Assembly: GCF_026210795.1 (NCBI RefSeq)
Contig: NC_089432.1
Coordinates: forward strand, 2,294,001 to 2,358,000
Reading direction: 5' to 3'
Length of the DNA stretch: 64,000 bases
Source: Rhizophagus irregularis
Taxonomy: Eukaryota
Shown here one piece after another: positions 42,168 to 56,045 of the stretch. The position numbers and the translations under genes are program-made. Each line of letters opens with the position of its first letter. The stretch's first letter is position 1. The notes below the pieces were generated by a model, which was given only the letters and a program-made list of their open reading frames with translations, searched no databases and was not told the origin of the DNA.

Positions 42168-42280
42168 TTATTCCATGGGTATCTAATAAATACTCCATAT
42201 ACACCGATGCTCCCCACCCTTCTGGGGGCCTCCAAGTCATCGGTGAATATTTCAGTTATTCATTGATACCCATGGAATAA
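42168..42280. mobile_element. Short MITE / hairpin element
   Basis: ttattccatgggtatc ... gatacccatggaataa; inner caccgatg/catcggtg. Confidence 0.75.
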
Positions 42281-43624
42281 CAAGTATGTATTATAACTTA
42301 TCAATATCTTTAACTACGTTTACTGTTAGATAATATAGTTCAAATACATAAGTATGCATATATATCGTTATACGATTTGATCGCAATATTACCAAAATGT
42401 ATATAAGTAGTGAGAGAACTGTTGAAGGCACAGACAAAGCAATTTGTTAGTGTAAAAAACTGTTTAACAAGGATAACTTTTAAAGAATGATTCATCCAAA
42501 GTAAATTATATTTAATATCTAAAATAAAATACCAATATATATTTTAATCGTGTTACCGGTTTGCAAACTACGTTATATTTAATACATCATATTATAATCA
42601 TATTTTGGTTTGAGTAATTTGAAATTAAGACAAACACGAATAAATGTCTAAAACCAAATTTTGACCGCTTATTAATTAGAGATATAAATATTGCTACGAT
42701 AATTTATTTTTAAAGCGTGTTAAAAGTTACTCTTTTTTGAGAAAAAAATAGATAATACTGTGAATCTTACAAATTGATGTACAGTAATAATAAGTTGTAA
42801 ATATCTACTTTTGCTTTAATTACTCCATTTTGTCTTTGTAACTTAACTTAATAATTATAATAATATGTCAAAAAAACTTAAAGTCTTTTTATAATAAGCA
42901 GTAAGCATAAAGCTTAGAATCAACAATATAAATACCGTAATATATATATTTATCTTTTAAAAAAAATAAATTTATATATACATCACGGTGTATTTATGAA
43001 ATACCCCAAAATTCGTCCGTCGACCGTATTTTAGTCACCAAATTTAATTTAAGTCCCCAAAAAATTTTTTTGTACCCTAAATCTTTCATCTAACCGATTT
43101 CCCACTATCTAACCAATTTTCCAGTGTTAAAGGCGAGTAATTATTTGACATTTTTTAGGGAAAAACTAAACGCTAATCGATATCATGTTTCTGTAAGTCA
43201 AATTTTAATTCCCGAGGGCGCAGCAAAGGATTTCATAAATCCGTCGCAATGCAGTGCATATTTGCGAAATAAAAATAATAATTTAAACAATTTATCTATA
43301 AACCTATTAAATAATTTATTCGAAATAGTTATAATAAGTTATTAAAATTTGTTTCATTAAATCATCCACGTGACAACTAAAAAATTGAAAGACCCCGTCC
43401 AAGTGATCATCAAAATTTGATGATCGCTGAAATGGGGTGTTTCCAATTTTTTTAAATTCTTAAATTAGAAGTAAAATGATCGACAGTTACCTTTGGCGTT
43501 CAGTGATACCATTTTATTTATAAATAGTTAAACTTAAATAGTTAAAACAAACAAAATTACTTTTTCAATTTTTGAAAAAATATAAATTTAAATTCCGCAG
43601 TAAGAATTTTTCTGTACCCCAACA

Positions 43625-46426
43625 ATGTCTAATAACGCTGAACTTGTTAACAATTCAAATGATTGGAATAAATGGATTGAAGAAGCCATTTCTAAAAAAC
43701 TTATTAAATATTATGAATTTGACCAATTTTATAATATTCAAGAAATTGGTTTCGGTGGCTTTGGAAAAGTTAGTCGTGCAAATTGGAAGAATTCTCATAA
43801 GCGTTATGCAATAAAAACTTTTTTTAATATCAATGATGCTACAGTTAAAGCAATTATTCATGAGGTAATTATAATGTCAACCATATCTCATTAATTAATT
43901 ATAAATATCTAAGTTTTTTATTAATGTAATATTTTATTTATTACTAGATTCAACTTTAACGTGAAGTTGATTTTCATGATAATGTTATTCGTTTCTATGG
44001 TGTCACAATTTCTAGAGGTATGATAATTGATAAGTTCTAATATCATTTTATTTTATAATATATAATAATTAATTATCTAATTCGCACAATTTTCTTTTTA
44101 AAAAGAAACTCAAAAAAAAGCGTATTCATTGGTGATAGAATATGCTGAAAATGGTACTCTCCGAAAATATTTAAAAGAAAATTTTGAAAATCTTACTTGG
44201 GAAGATAAATTTGATCTTGCATTCCAACTGGCTTATGCAGTATTATGTTTACACGATGAAGGGATCATGCACCGTGATTTAGTAAATATTTTACAATTTA
44301 TTATGTGTTTTATTTTAATGTTTACTTTATTATAACGTTAATTTAATATTAATAGCACTCCAATAACGTGTTAGTCCATCAGAAGACTATTAAGCTAGCA
44401 GATTTTGGTTTATCAAAAAGAATCGAGGAAATATCCAACCCTCAATCAAAAACATTTGGATTAATTCCTTATATTGATCCAAAAATATTCAACAGAAAAG
44501 TAAATAATGAAAACAAAATAACAGTATACTCATTAAATAAAAAGAGTGATGTTTACAGTATTGGCGTACTCTTATGGGAAATATCCAGTGGCCAACCACC
44601 TTTTAGTGATGAATTAAATGATCTTGGATTGGCTATGGCAATTTTTCAAGGCCTTAGAGAGAAACTTATTCCTGATACACCTGAAGAATATATAAAAATT
44701 TATACTGGTAAATACTGGCAAACTTACAATTCAAACCTACTACAATTTATGATTAATTAAGACATTTTTTTGTAGATTGTTGGAATATTGAACCTGATAA
44801 CCGTCCAACTATCAATCAAGTGGTCAATGAATTAAAGGCAAAAATGACAAAAGAAAATATAATTATAAAAGATCTTCACTTACATGATAATAACAAGGAT
44901 ATTCAATCATCAAACAATCAACAGCTAATTAAAATTCCTGAAAATATTGATTCATTACATGGAGATTTATCTAAATTTATTCAAGACTTCAATATGATGA
45001 ATACAAAAGAAATAGAATCTTCAATATCATTAAGTAACCAATTTGAGAATAGCTTTGATATGATAGTCAATGATATAATTAATCTTCTTGATCATGATAT
45101 TGAAGAAGGAAAACAAAAATTACTAACTTATCTTAATAGCCATAATATAACTTTACAGAATATAATAATTGTTTATTAAATAATCAAAATAATTCAAATT
45201 CTCTTGTCTTACTTGGTCAACTTAATTTTTTAGGAATTGGAATTAGTATTAATAAGCAAAAAGCATTTAAATTAAATCAAAAGGCTGCAGACTTTGGAAA
45301 TGCATTTGGAATATGTAGTTTGGGATATTATTATATAAATGGAATTGGAACTGATATTGATAAGAAAAAAGCATTTGAATTATATCAAAAAGCAGCAAAT
45401 TTAGGAAATTTATTAGGAATAAATGGTTTAGGATATTGTTATCTAAATGGAATTGGAACTGATATTGATAAGAAAAAAGCATTTGAATTATTTAAAAAGA
45501 CAGCAGATTTAGGAATTCCATATGGAATGAATGGTTTAGGATATTGCTATCAAAATGGAATTGGAACTAATATCGATAAGAAAAAAGCATTAGAGTTATA
45601 TCAAAAGGTGGCAGATTTAGGAAGTTCATATGGAATAGCCAATTTAGGAATTTGTTATCAAGATGGAATTGGGATTGGTATTAATAAGAAAAAAGCATTT
45701 GAATTATATCAAAAGGCAGCAGGTTTAGGACATTCACATGGAATAAATAGTTTAGGATATTGTTATCAGTATGGAATTGGAACTGATGTTGATAAGAAAA
45801 AAGCATTAGAGTTATATCAAAAGGCAGCAGATTTAGAAAATGCAATTGGAATATTTAATTTAGGATATTGTTATCAAAATGGAATTGAAACTGATATTGA
45901 TAAGAAAAAAGCATTTGAATTATTTCAAAAGGCAGCAAATTTAGAAAATTTAGAAGGAATAATTAGTTTAGGATATTGTTATCAAAATGGAATTGGAACT
46001 GATATTGATAAGAAAAAAGCATTTGAATTATTTCAAAAAGCAGCAAATTTAGGAAATGTGGATGGAATGAATAATTTAGGATATTGTTATCAAAATGGAA
46101 TTGGAATTGATATTAATAAGAAAAAAGCATTTGAATTATATCAAAAGGCAGCAGATTTAGGAAATGCTTTTAGGATGAATGAATTAGGATATTGTTATAG
46201 AAATGGAATTGGAGTTGATATTAATATAAAAAAAGCATTTGAATTTTATCAAAGGTCAGCAAATTTGGAAAATAGTGCAGCTCAATATAATATTGCTATT
46301 ATGTATGAGAATGGGTTAGGAACTGTTAAAGATATAAATAAAGCAATTTATTGGTACAATAAATCAGCTAAGCAAGGAGGTCAAGATGCTCAAAACAAAT
46401 TAGAAAAACTTAGGAAAAGGAACTGA
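43625..46426 (+). pseudogene. Kinase + 11 Sel1-like repeats, recently disabled
   Basis: In-frame TAA at 43957-43959 in exon 2 (IQL*REVDFH; paralogs have Q) and a 1-bp frameshift near 45165; the rest is close to the intact paralogs. Confidence 0.85.
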
Positions 46427-46632
46427 ACAATTCATGTAAAGTAATTTAAAAATATTTTTATTAAAATTTAGATAAAATGAAAACATTACTAGGGTTGTTA
46501 TTATTTATTTATTTATTTATTGTTATTTGCCAATATTGCTAATAATTTTAAAAATAAAATTATTGTGATATATTTATAAAAATAAATAATTATTAACAAC
46601 CACAAACTGTTATACGATTTCTTGTGTATGTT

Positions 46633-47301
46633 GGGATTCTCCCAAAATCCTGACAACCATAATCCCAATGTGATAAAATCTTGACACTCCTATTTCCGAC
46701 TAAGACAATATCCTGAATGATTAAAATACTGAAAGAATTATATCCTGAATAGTCCAAAATCTGGAATTCAAAATTCCTGAAAGTTCAAGTTACTGATGAG
46801 TCAAAATTCCGACACAATAAAGAAAAGAATTTTTTCATGTGATCATTTATGTAATAAATTGTAGTGATTGCACAATTGTTAATAATTTGCATAATTTGCC
46901 AAGGAGTTATTATGTCAATTACTACTGTGTGATCTCACTATATATTATACTGTAACATGTAAGTCATAAATCAAAATTGCAATTTTTTATCATTTAAATT
47001 GGAAATAGTGCATATGTATTGTATATATGATTGTATTAATTGTCACAAATTATATAATCAGTAGGAAATAATCTTCCTAGTAAACAAAAATCAAAGAGAT
47101 ACTCAAAATTATAATATTGTGTCAGGATTTTGACTCATCAGTAACTTGAACTTTCAGGAAATTTAAATTCTGGATTTTAGACCATTCGGGATATAATACT
47201 TTCAGGATTTTGATCATTCAGTATATTGTCTCTGTTAGGAATACATGCCTCGGGATTTTATCATATCGGGATTGTGCTTGTCAGGATTTCGTGGTAAACC
47301 C
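46633..47301. mobile_element. Non-autonomous Mutator-like (MULE) element
   Basis: ~180-bp TIRs (gggattctcccaaaatcctgacaa.../...ttgtcaggatttcgtggtaaaccc); 9-bp TSD gtgtatgtt/gtatatgtt. Confidence 0.8.
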
Positions 47302-49114
47302 GTATATGTTAAATGATGATCTGATATGATTTCAGTACATTTGTATACATGTCAATTTCTGATATTATGTGCCAGTTTATATCGATATACAACTGCAGAT
47401 TTGTGTACATTAGATTAGCTTAATAGATGATATTGGTTTTATTTAATTATATTTACATATGTAGTAGTAGTATAGTTATTTATATTAATGTTTATATTAT
47501 TTTATGTTATTTATTTTTATATAGATATATTATAATGAAACACTACCAATCAGATAGATATGATGTCAATAGGATATCCATAGATTAGATGTCATTTGAT
47601 ATCAGAAGAAAAAGAGATGGAGAAATAGATATAAATACATCTTCTGTCAACTCGTTAATAAGAAGGTCATATTAGTAGGTATTTTAAGATATATTGAAGT
47701 TATATTCCCTTAAAAAATATACCTCTATCACTTTTTATCACTTTTTATCATTTTGTTGTAAACTTATAACCCTACATTTATTTAATAAAATTGTTATACT
47801 TCAGTTAATCTTAATTTGTTATTTTTGTGTATTATTATAAGATTAGTCTTATAACCATCATGTGCTATTATTAATTGTATTTTGTAGTTGTTTACCTTGC
47901 TGATTCTTAACAAACAATACTGGAATACCAGGATAGATAAAATCCATTGGTAATTGTGTGAATCTACGATTTAATACCGCTAGCTATATGACTCTTATCT
48001 GCTGATATATTCAGTAACAAAACAATACATGTGCTTTTATTTATATATAATTCGTTTATAATACCAAAAATTTAACCATTAATCATCCTTTTATTGATCA
48101 GTCTATTAGTATTATGCAGATGCTAATTTTAAATATCAAATATACAGTATTTGCAATCATATTATTAATTTTTTAATGTTAAGATTTTTTAATATCAAAT
48201 GTATATTTTTTGTATAATATTATCATAATAGTAAATTTAACTATCAGCATGATCTTGTCAATATTATTTTAATATCATATTTCTGAGTTAATCTTAATAG
48301 AAAATTATGCTTGTATCATATAGTGCAAATGTATAAACTCTGTTGCTTTTTAAACTTTATAGATTTTACAGCATTTATTTGTGAATTGTGACATTCCCAT
48401 TTTTATTATTTTATTATACTGTATTATAGCCAAATAATAATTTAAAATTTAAAAAAACCAAATTTAGAATTGCGACAAGTGTAAAAAAAGGGATAACTAC
48501 GATCCAAACTTTCTTTAATCATTTCTATAAAAAATAAATTGGTTTATTATTATTTAAATTACATAATTATGACTTAGTTTCAATTAATGTTAATTATAAT
48601 CAACATACTTTTTGTGTTAATTAAAATCAACATAAACTGAAGAATAAAATTTAAGTTTTGATTACCTAATAATTTAAAGACAATTTCATTCTTTACTGAA
48701 ACTTGCAAAATCGGGACTGTGTAGTAGCTATGTAGTCGCTATATATATTAAAAAAAGTAGTAGGCGTATCACTATTTTATGTTTAACGTAGGGTATTCAT
48801 ATGGAGCGAATATAAAAATACTGTGAATAATTTAGATAATCCAGCAAGTTTATATGTAACAAATACAATGTAAAAATGTAGTTTAAGTGTAGCTTATGTA
48901 ATGCAAAAATGTAGTTTATTTAAAGTAATATTACAGTTTACTCAAAGTTATAATACAGCTTCATTGTATCAACTATCTAAATCTATACATATTACATTTA
49001 TATTAAATCTATATTAATTCTATTTTGTATCGATATTAATCTATACTAAAAAAAAGAAAAAAGCTAAAAAAATCTTTTTCTAAAGTTTTGAATTCCTTTT
49101 TTTGAAACTATACT

Positions 49115-49690
49115 TGGGATTTTTGTTTCCAAGCTTGAGCCAACTTCTCTACAAAAAAAAGGAAATAAATTAAAAAAAACCTCTTTCTATAAAATTTCAA
49201 ATTCCTTTTTTTTCGAAACTTACCTATCTCACACGTCTAACTAAGAGTCAATTTCACCAAGATCCGTGTCTGAGCCGCCTAAAAAAAAGGAAAAAAAAGA
49301 AATTAGCAACCATTTTTAAAAACGAAATAAAGATGGAATAAAAAACAAAAATAATACTCCCACCAAAGTCTCTCGTCCAAAGAATTTAAGAACCGTCTAA
49401 AAAGAAAAAAAGAACAGTTAGAAAATGCTTGTCAAAATAAAAATCAAGAAAAATTGCCAAACTTACTGAAATGCCACGTCTAGAGAGACCATAAGAACTG
49501 TCTAAAAGAAGAAAAGATCAAAACATTAGAAAACGTTCACTAAAATAAATAGTTAAAGAAAAAAATGCCCACCAAAATCCGCATCCAGATGTTTTGAAGA
49601 ATAGGTCACCTAAAAAGGAGAAAGAAACATTAGTAAACGTTTCTCAAAGAATAGTTCAAAAAATAAATCTCCACCCACCAAATTATCACG
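49115..49690 (-). other. Micro-exon ladder (33-55-nt exons, ~70-85-nt GT-AG introns)
   Basis: Putative exons 49609-49573, 49501-49467, 49396-49364, 49278-49224, with GTAAGT/GTGGG donors, CTAA(C/T) branch points and polypyrimidine-TAG acceptors. Confidence 0.6.
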
Positions 49691-49726
49691 CGTATGTTCC
49701 TTGTAGGCTGGTGTGAAATTGTAAGA
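49690..49726 (-). pseudogene. Distal exon of the Argonaute fragment (F-LQFHTSLQGT)
   Basis: Acceptor ttttcag at 49728-49727; continues ...EFDF from the donor at 56045 and resembles the PIWI motif DFFLQSHAGLQGT. Confidence 0.7.
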
Positions 49727-51943
49727 CTGAAAAAATAAAATAATTAATATAAATACGGTGTACCGTTTGGATGAAAAGTGCCAAAATTTCGAAAAATTGA
49801 TTTTTCGAATTTTTGAATTTTAAAATCTCCTTATAAGGAGATTCTCCTTATAAGGAAAATCTCCTTTTATGGCAATGTAACGTTACACAAATGTCCAAAT
49901 AAGGAAGTTTGTATTACCAAATTTCCTTTTTTGGACGTTTTGTGTAACGTAGATCTATCCTATAAAAGGAAAATTTCCTTATAAGGCGATTTTAAAAGTT
50001 CAAAATTTCAAAATTTCGAAATTTCAAAAAAAAATTACCATAAAAGGAAATTTTTTTAAGATTTTTGAAATTTCGAAATTTCGAAATTTTGAATTTGAAA
50101 ATCGCCTTTTAAGGAAATTTTCCTTTTATGTAAGGGATCTACGTCGCACAATATTTAATTTTTAGTGCCAGCCAGAATTATAATCTCCTTATACGGAAAT
50201 TTTGTTTAAAAATATTTTTTTAACAAATCTGGTGGCTAAACTATTTACCCGAATTCCGAAATCATGTGATTGTAATTCTGGCCGGAATTATAATTGATTT
50301 TATTAATTTTACAGTTACTTGTGATCAAATTTTCAAAAAAGGAAATATTTAATTTCTACCAAAAATTGGAGTAATCCTGGGCGGATTTAAGAAAATTATT
50401 AATGTAACGTTACACAAATTTCCAAAAAAGGAAATTTACTTCGTAAAAAATTGGAAATTTGGTTTCACAAATACTCCAAAAAAGGAAATTTATATGGAGA
50501 TCACTTAATTCCGGCCAGCATTATAGCTTAATTATAGTGTGATAATTTTTTTAATATTCTTTTTAATATTCTTTTATATTCTTTAATTTTTATTTAATTT
50601 ATTAGTAGTATTACTACAAAATTTTTTTTTCATGATTTTTTGGCTAGCATTATGAACCATATGATAAATAAGATCATAATAAATAGATTTTAATTACTGA
50701 AAAAATTCTGTTTTTAGAATACTTATAAAAATGGAAATGTGAAGAGTATTTAAAGTATAAGGAGATAAATTTTTGCTATAATTATATAAGAAAAATTTTG
50801 TAATAATACTAAAAAAGCTATTTATTACAGACATTATACTTTCTATTTTTTATTTTCAATAATTAATCTGTTATTATTTATTATTAGCTAGTAGTAATGT
50901 TGTAGGCTAAATTTTAACAATTGTTTAACTGCTAAATTTTATTTTAGATAATTTTACCTAAAATGCAAATTAATAAAATTTTTTTTTTAATAAATTTTTT
51001 ATATTTTTTCCAATAAGTCTTTCCAATATTTGCCTTTAATATCCTTTTTATATTATTTTATTATAAGTAAATTTATTCATTACATATATAATGCATTACA
51101 CTTTCCTTTTTGAAGAATGTCTAAAGTAGAAGTAAATTATATAATTTCAAAAAAACATTTTTTTCTAAATAAAATTTTCACCATATATATAAAATAATAC
51201 AATCTCTTAAACATATATATTAAATGTACTATTTTAATCTGCTCTATAAGTTTACTTAAAATACAAAATGAGGTTTTAAATGCCATTTTCAATTTATTTA
51301 AATTTTTATTTTTTGTTTTTCTATTTTTGGATATAATTAGCAAAATCTTTGTTTAAATATAAAGTTAAAAATAGTATTTAAAAACTATTTTTTTTCTTTA
51401 AATAAACTTATAAAACAGATTAAGATATGCTTATTTTATGATTTTCAAATTTATATTAATTTTAATTTATAAAAAAAAGAATATTTATTAAAACAATTTA
51501 TTAAAAAAGAAAAGAATATTTATTAAAAAGAATATTTATTAAAAAATTTTATTAAAAAGAATATTAAATAAGTTTATTATATATTGTTTTCTTTTCATTA
51601 AAAATATGTTTAATATATCACTTAAATACAAATATTGAGTTATTAATAAAATCAGTAATAATTATTTTGTATAATTGAAAATTTAATAAAAAAATTAACA
51701 AAAAAAATTAAAAAAAATTAAAAAGCTTATTAAAAAAAATTAAAATGTTTATTAAGAAAAATTAAAAAGTTTATAAAAAAAGTTTATTATAATTTATTAA
51801 AAAAATATAATAATTATTTAAAAAGAATATTATATAAGTTTTATTATATATTGCTTTCTTTTCATTAAAAACATTAATATATCGTTTAAATACAGATATT
51901 GGAAAATGCTAGCTAATAGTAAAATTGATAATTATTTTGTATA

Positions 51944-52098
51944 CAGTCAACCCTTGATATAGTGAATTTTTCAGACAACTATAATAAATTTCCCTTGTTA
52001 TAATAAATTAACCAATTAAATCTCTTAAAATCTTCACTATAGCCTTATAGTGAAGTTGAGGTCTAGAATCTAGGGTTTGTTATAACAAGGGTTGATTG
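51944..52098. mobile_element. pogo/Tc1-like MITE nested in the large element
   Basis: ta|cagtcaacccttg ... caagggttgattg|ta, interrupting the repeat word ttattttgtataattgaaaa. Confidence 0.8.
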
Positions 52099-52446
52099 TA
52101 ATTGAAAATTTGATAAAAAAAAAAAATTAAAATGTTCATTAAGAAAAATTAAAAAGTTTATAAAAAAAGTTTATTATAATTTATTAAAAAAAATAAAAAA
52201 ATTATTTAAAAGAATATTATATAAGTTTTATCATATATTGCTTTCTCTTTATTAAAAACATTAATATATCGTTTAAATACAAATATTGGAAAATGCTAGC
52301 CATTAGTAAAATTGATAATCATTTTGTATAATTGAAAAAAATTTATTAAGAAAAGTTAAAAGAAAAAAAAGTTTTTTAAGAAAAATTAAAAAATAAAAAT
52401 ATAAAAATGGGTTTTATTTTTTATCACACCTGTGTTATGTCGCATT

Positions 52447-53976
52447 CCCTATAAAAAAACTGGATACGTTTTTTATAAAGTTTTTATACGATTTTTTTTC
52501 CTTAGAAATAACGTATTATAATAGGATATGGAAAAATGCACAATTCCGTATCACCAAAAATATGGTTTGGATACGGAATTTGCACGGAATTTATATGGAA
52601 TTTACATGATTTGATCACTGATTTTATCACGAAATTTATACGATTTGGTCACTGAATTTACTATTTGTATTACAGTTTACTATAATTGTATTTACATAAA
52701 TCTAATTTCACTTTATTAAATTAAATAAAAAATAAAAAATAAACAAAGTACAAATACATTATGAAAATTCCCTCTTTATTAAAACCACCTATTGCAACCT
52801 AAATTATCTATAAGTCCAGGTTCATTTGGATCAAACAACCTAAAAGAACAAAAAAAAGAAACATAAGAACGTCTAACTTAATTGGAAACAAAACCCCCCT
52901 TCATATAGTATCTGCAATCGTCTAAGTTACCAAAGGTCAGCATTCCTACAAAAAAAAAGAGAACTCCAGAATGTCTGACCTACATAAATGAAAAGAATTA
53001 TGAAGTATCTGATGAAAAAGAAACCAAAACAACAAAATAAATCCAAAACTGACCTACAAAAAAAGAAGACTCTAAAGCAACAAAACTGAAACAACCTACA
53101 AAAAGAAAAGAATTTGAACCCAACATACAAAAAAACAAAAAAATTTGAACTGACTTAAAAAAAGAAAAAAAATCCTGAATCATCCTACAAAAAGAAAAGG
53201 ACTTCCAAACTGATCTACAAAAAAAAAAAAAGAAACTGAATATTCTCACAAAAAAAATCTGCTGGCCTATGAAATTAAATATAAATAAAGAAGAAAGGGA
53301 AATAAAGAATAAACCAAAAAAAATATTTTTTAAAAAAGAGGGATAACGAAGTTAGGAAAGTTAAAAAAAAATTTTTTTTTAAAGGGAGGACGTCAAAGTT
53401 AGAAAAATAAAAATTTTTTTATAAAGAGGAAATAGAAATAGAAAGAAGAAATTTTTTTTCAAAAAAAAGAAGAGTGGGAATAAAAGAAAAAAATTTTTTT
53501 TAAGGAAGTGACAAAAAAAAATTTTTTTTCAAAGGAGAGTGACGAAAAAAAATTTTTTTTAAAGTGAGGTACGAAAAAAAAAATTATTTTTAAAAGGGGG
53601 TGACAAAGAAAGAAGAAAAATTTAGAAAAAATAACAAAAATAAGATAAGAGAAAGAGAAAGGAAAGGAAAGACAGAAAGGAAGATCGGAAGATCAAACTT
53701 ATCAAAGTAAGAGTTTATATAAAAAACAAAAAATGTATCATAACAAAACAATAAACAATCATGTGATCTCGTGTTATGATGGGTAAAATTATCTTAAGTT
53801 TAAAAATTCCGTATACATTCCGCATGATTAATTTTTTCTGTATACATTAGTTTTTTTAAAAAATGTTCAAAAATGAATTGCTTATTAAATATACAGAATT
53901 TGTATACAGAATCTATAAAAACGTACATAAAATGTATACAAAATGTATCCTTTCCGTATACATATTTCTTATAGGG
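52447..53976. mobile_element. Nested non-autonomous CCC...GGG element with 3-bp TSD (CMC/EnSpm-like)
   Basis: att|ccctataa ... ttataggg|att; its left ~200 bp recurs inverted at ~58158-58355. Confidence 0.8.
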
Positions 53977-56045
53977 ATTCCTATAACATATTACATATAA
54001 AAGTCAAAATGACAATTTAAATCTCTTTTGATATATTAAGAAAACTTGCAGAGCAGTTAAAAATACATATAGTATAAGGTTTCTTATAGTACATAATAAG
54101 TGCATAAGGTTTCACACCAGGATTTTTTAAAAAAAAGGGAAATCTTAACAAAGTCATATGATCAAAATGATCAACATAATTAATATAAAAAATTACCAAA
54201 AAAAAAGGAAGATGTGACATATTGCAGGTGAAAAAAAAACATATTCCTATAAAAATTATAAAAAATTTTATTAAAAAGAATATTAAATAAGTTTATTATA
54301 TATTGTTTTCTTTTCATTAAAAATATGTTTAATATATCACTTAAATACAAATATTGAGTTATTAATAAAATCAGTAATAATTATTTTGTATAATTGAAAA
54401 TTTGATAAAAAAATCAACAAAAAAAATTAAAAAAAATTAAAAAGCTTATTAAAAAAAATTAAAATGTTTATTAAGAAAAATTAAAAAGTTTATAAAAAAA
54501 GTTTATTAAAAAAAATATAAAAATTATTAAAAATTTATTAAAAAGAATATTATATAAGTTTTATATTATCATATATTGCTTTCTCTTCATTAAAAATATT
54601 AATATATCGCTTAAATACAGATATTGGAAAATGCTAGCCATTAGTAAAATTGATAATTATTTTGTATAATTGAAAATAACTTGATAAAAGAAAACAAAAA
54701 AATTAAAAAGTTTATTAAGAAAAGTTAAAAGTTAAAAAGTTTTTTAAGAAAAATTAAAAAATAAAAATATAAAAATTATAAAAAAATTTATTAAAAAGAA
54801 TATTAAATAAATTCATTATATATTGTTTTCTTTTCATTAAAAACATATTTAATACATCACTTAAATATAAATATTTATTTTGTATAATTGAAAATTTGAT
54901 AAAAAAACAAAAAAAAATAAAAATTATTAAAAATTTTATTAATATAAATTTTATCATATATTGCTTTTTCTTCATTAAAAATATGTATTATTCAAATACA
55001 AATATTAGAAGATACCAGCCATTGGTAAAATTGATAATTATTTTGCATAATTAAAAAATTAATATAATGCTAATAATAATAATAATAATTATTATTATTA
55101 AAAAAAATTAAAAAGTTAAAGTTTATTAAAAGTTTATTATTTTGATGATTGCATTCTATTGGATGGATATAGCTTATGATAATTTGTTTATATGGTATAT
55201 GAACTTAATATTAATAAAGTATATATAGATCATTAAAAAAAAAATTAAAAGTTTATTAAAAAAATTAAATTTTTTTAATTAATAAAGAATATAAAAAATT
55301 TATAATGCTGGCCGGAATTAAGTGATCGCCATGTAAATTTCCTTTTTTGGAGTATTTGTGAAACCAAATTTCCAATTTTTTGCGAGAAGCAAAATTTCCT
55401 TTTTTGGAAATTTGTGTAACGTTACATTAATATTTTTCTTAAATCCGGCCAGGATTACTCCAATTTTTGGTAAAAATAAATATTAACACATGATTTCGGA
55501 ATTCGGGTAAATAGTTTAGCCACCAGATTTGTTAAAAAAATATTTTTAAACAAAATTTCCATATAAGGAGATTATAATTCTGGCTGGCACTATAAATTAA
55601 ATATTGTGCAACGTAGATCCCTTACATAAAAGGAAAATTTCCTTAAAAGGCGATTTTCAAATTCAAAATTTCGAAATTTCAAAATTTCAAAAATCTTAAA
55701 AAAAATTTCCTTTTATGGTAATTTTTTTTTTGAAATTTCGAAATTTCGAAATTTTGAACTTTTAAAATCGCCTTATAAGGAAATTTTCCTTTTATAGGAT
55801 AGATCTACGTTACACAAAACGTCCAAAAAAGGAAATTTGGTAATACAAACTTCCTTATTTGGACATTTGTGTAACGTTACATTGCCATAAAAGGAGATTT
55901 TCCTTATAAGGAGAATCTCCTTATAAGGAGATTTTGAAAATTCAAAAATCGAAAAATCAATTTTTCGAAATTTTGGCACTTTTCGTTCAAACGGTACACC
56001 GTATATAAAGTTACGAAATTAAAATAATAAATTTCTCATTCTTAC

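Larger units (their letters stand above)
49756..56001. mobile_element. 6.2-kb non-autonomous DNA transposon with ~700-770-bp TIRs and TA TSD
   Basis: ta|cggtgtaccgtttggatgaaaagtgcc ... ggcacttttcgttcaaacggtacaccg|ta; ~49756-50525 mirrors ~55300-56001; interior is AT-rich repeats with no transposase. Confidence 0.9.

Noticed and set aside
51137..55979. Short ORFs inside the long-TIR element
   Set aside because: Low-complexity F/I/K/L translations of AT-rich repeats; no transposase motifs
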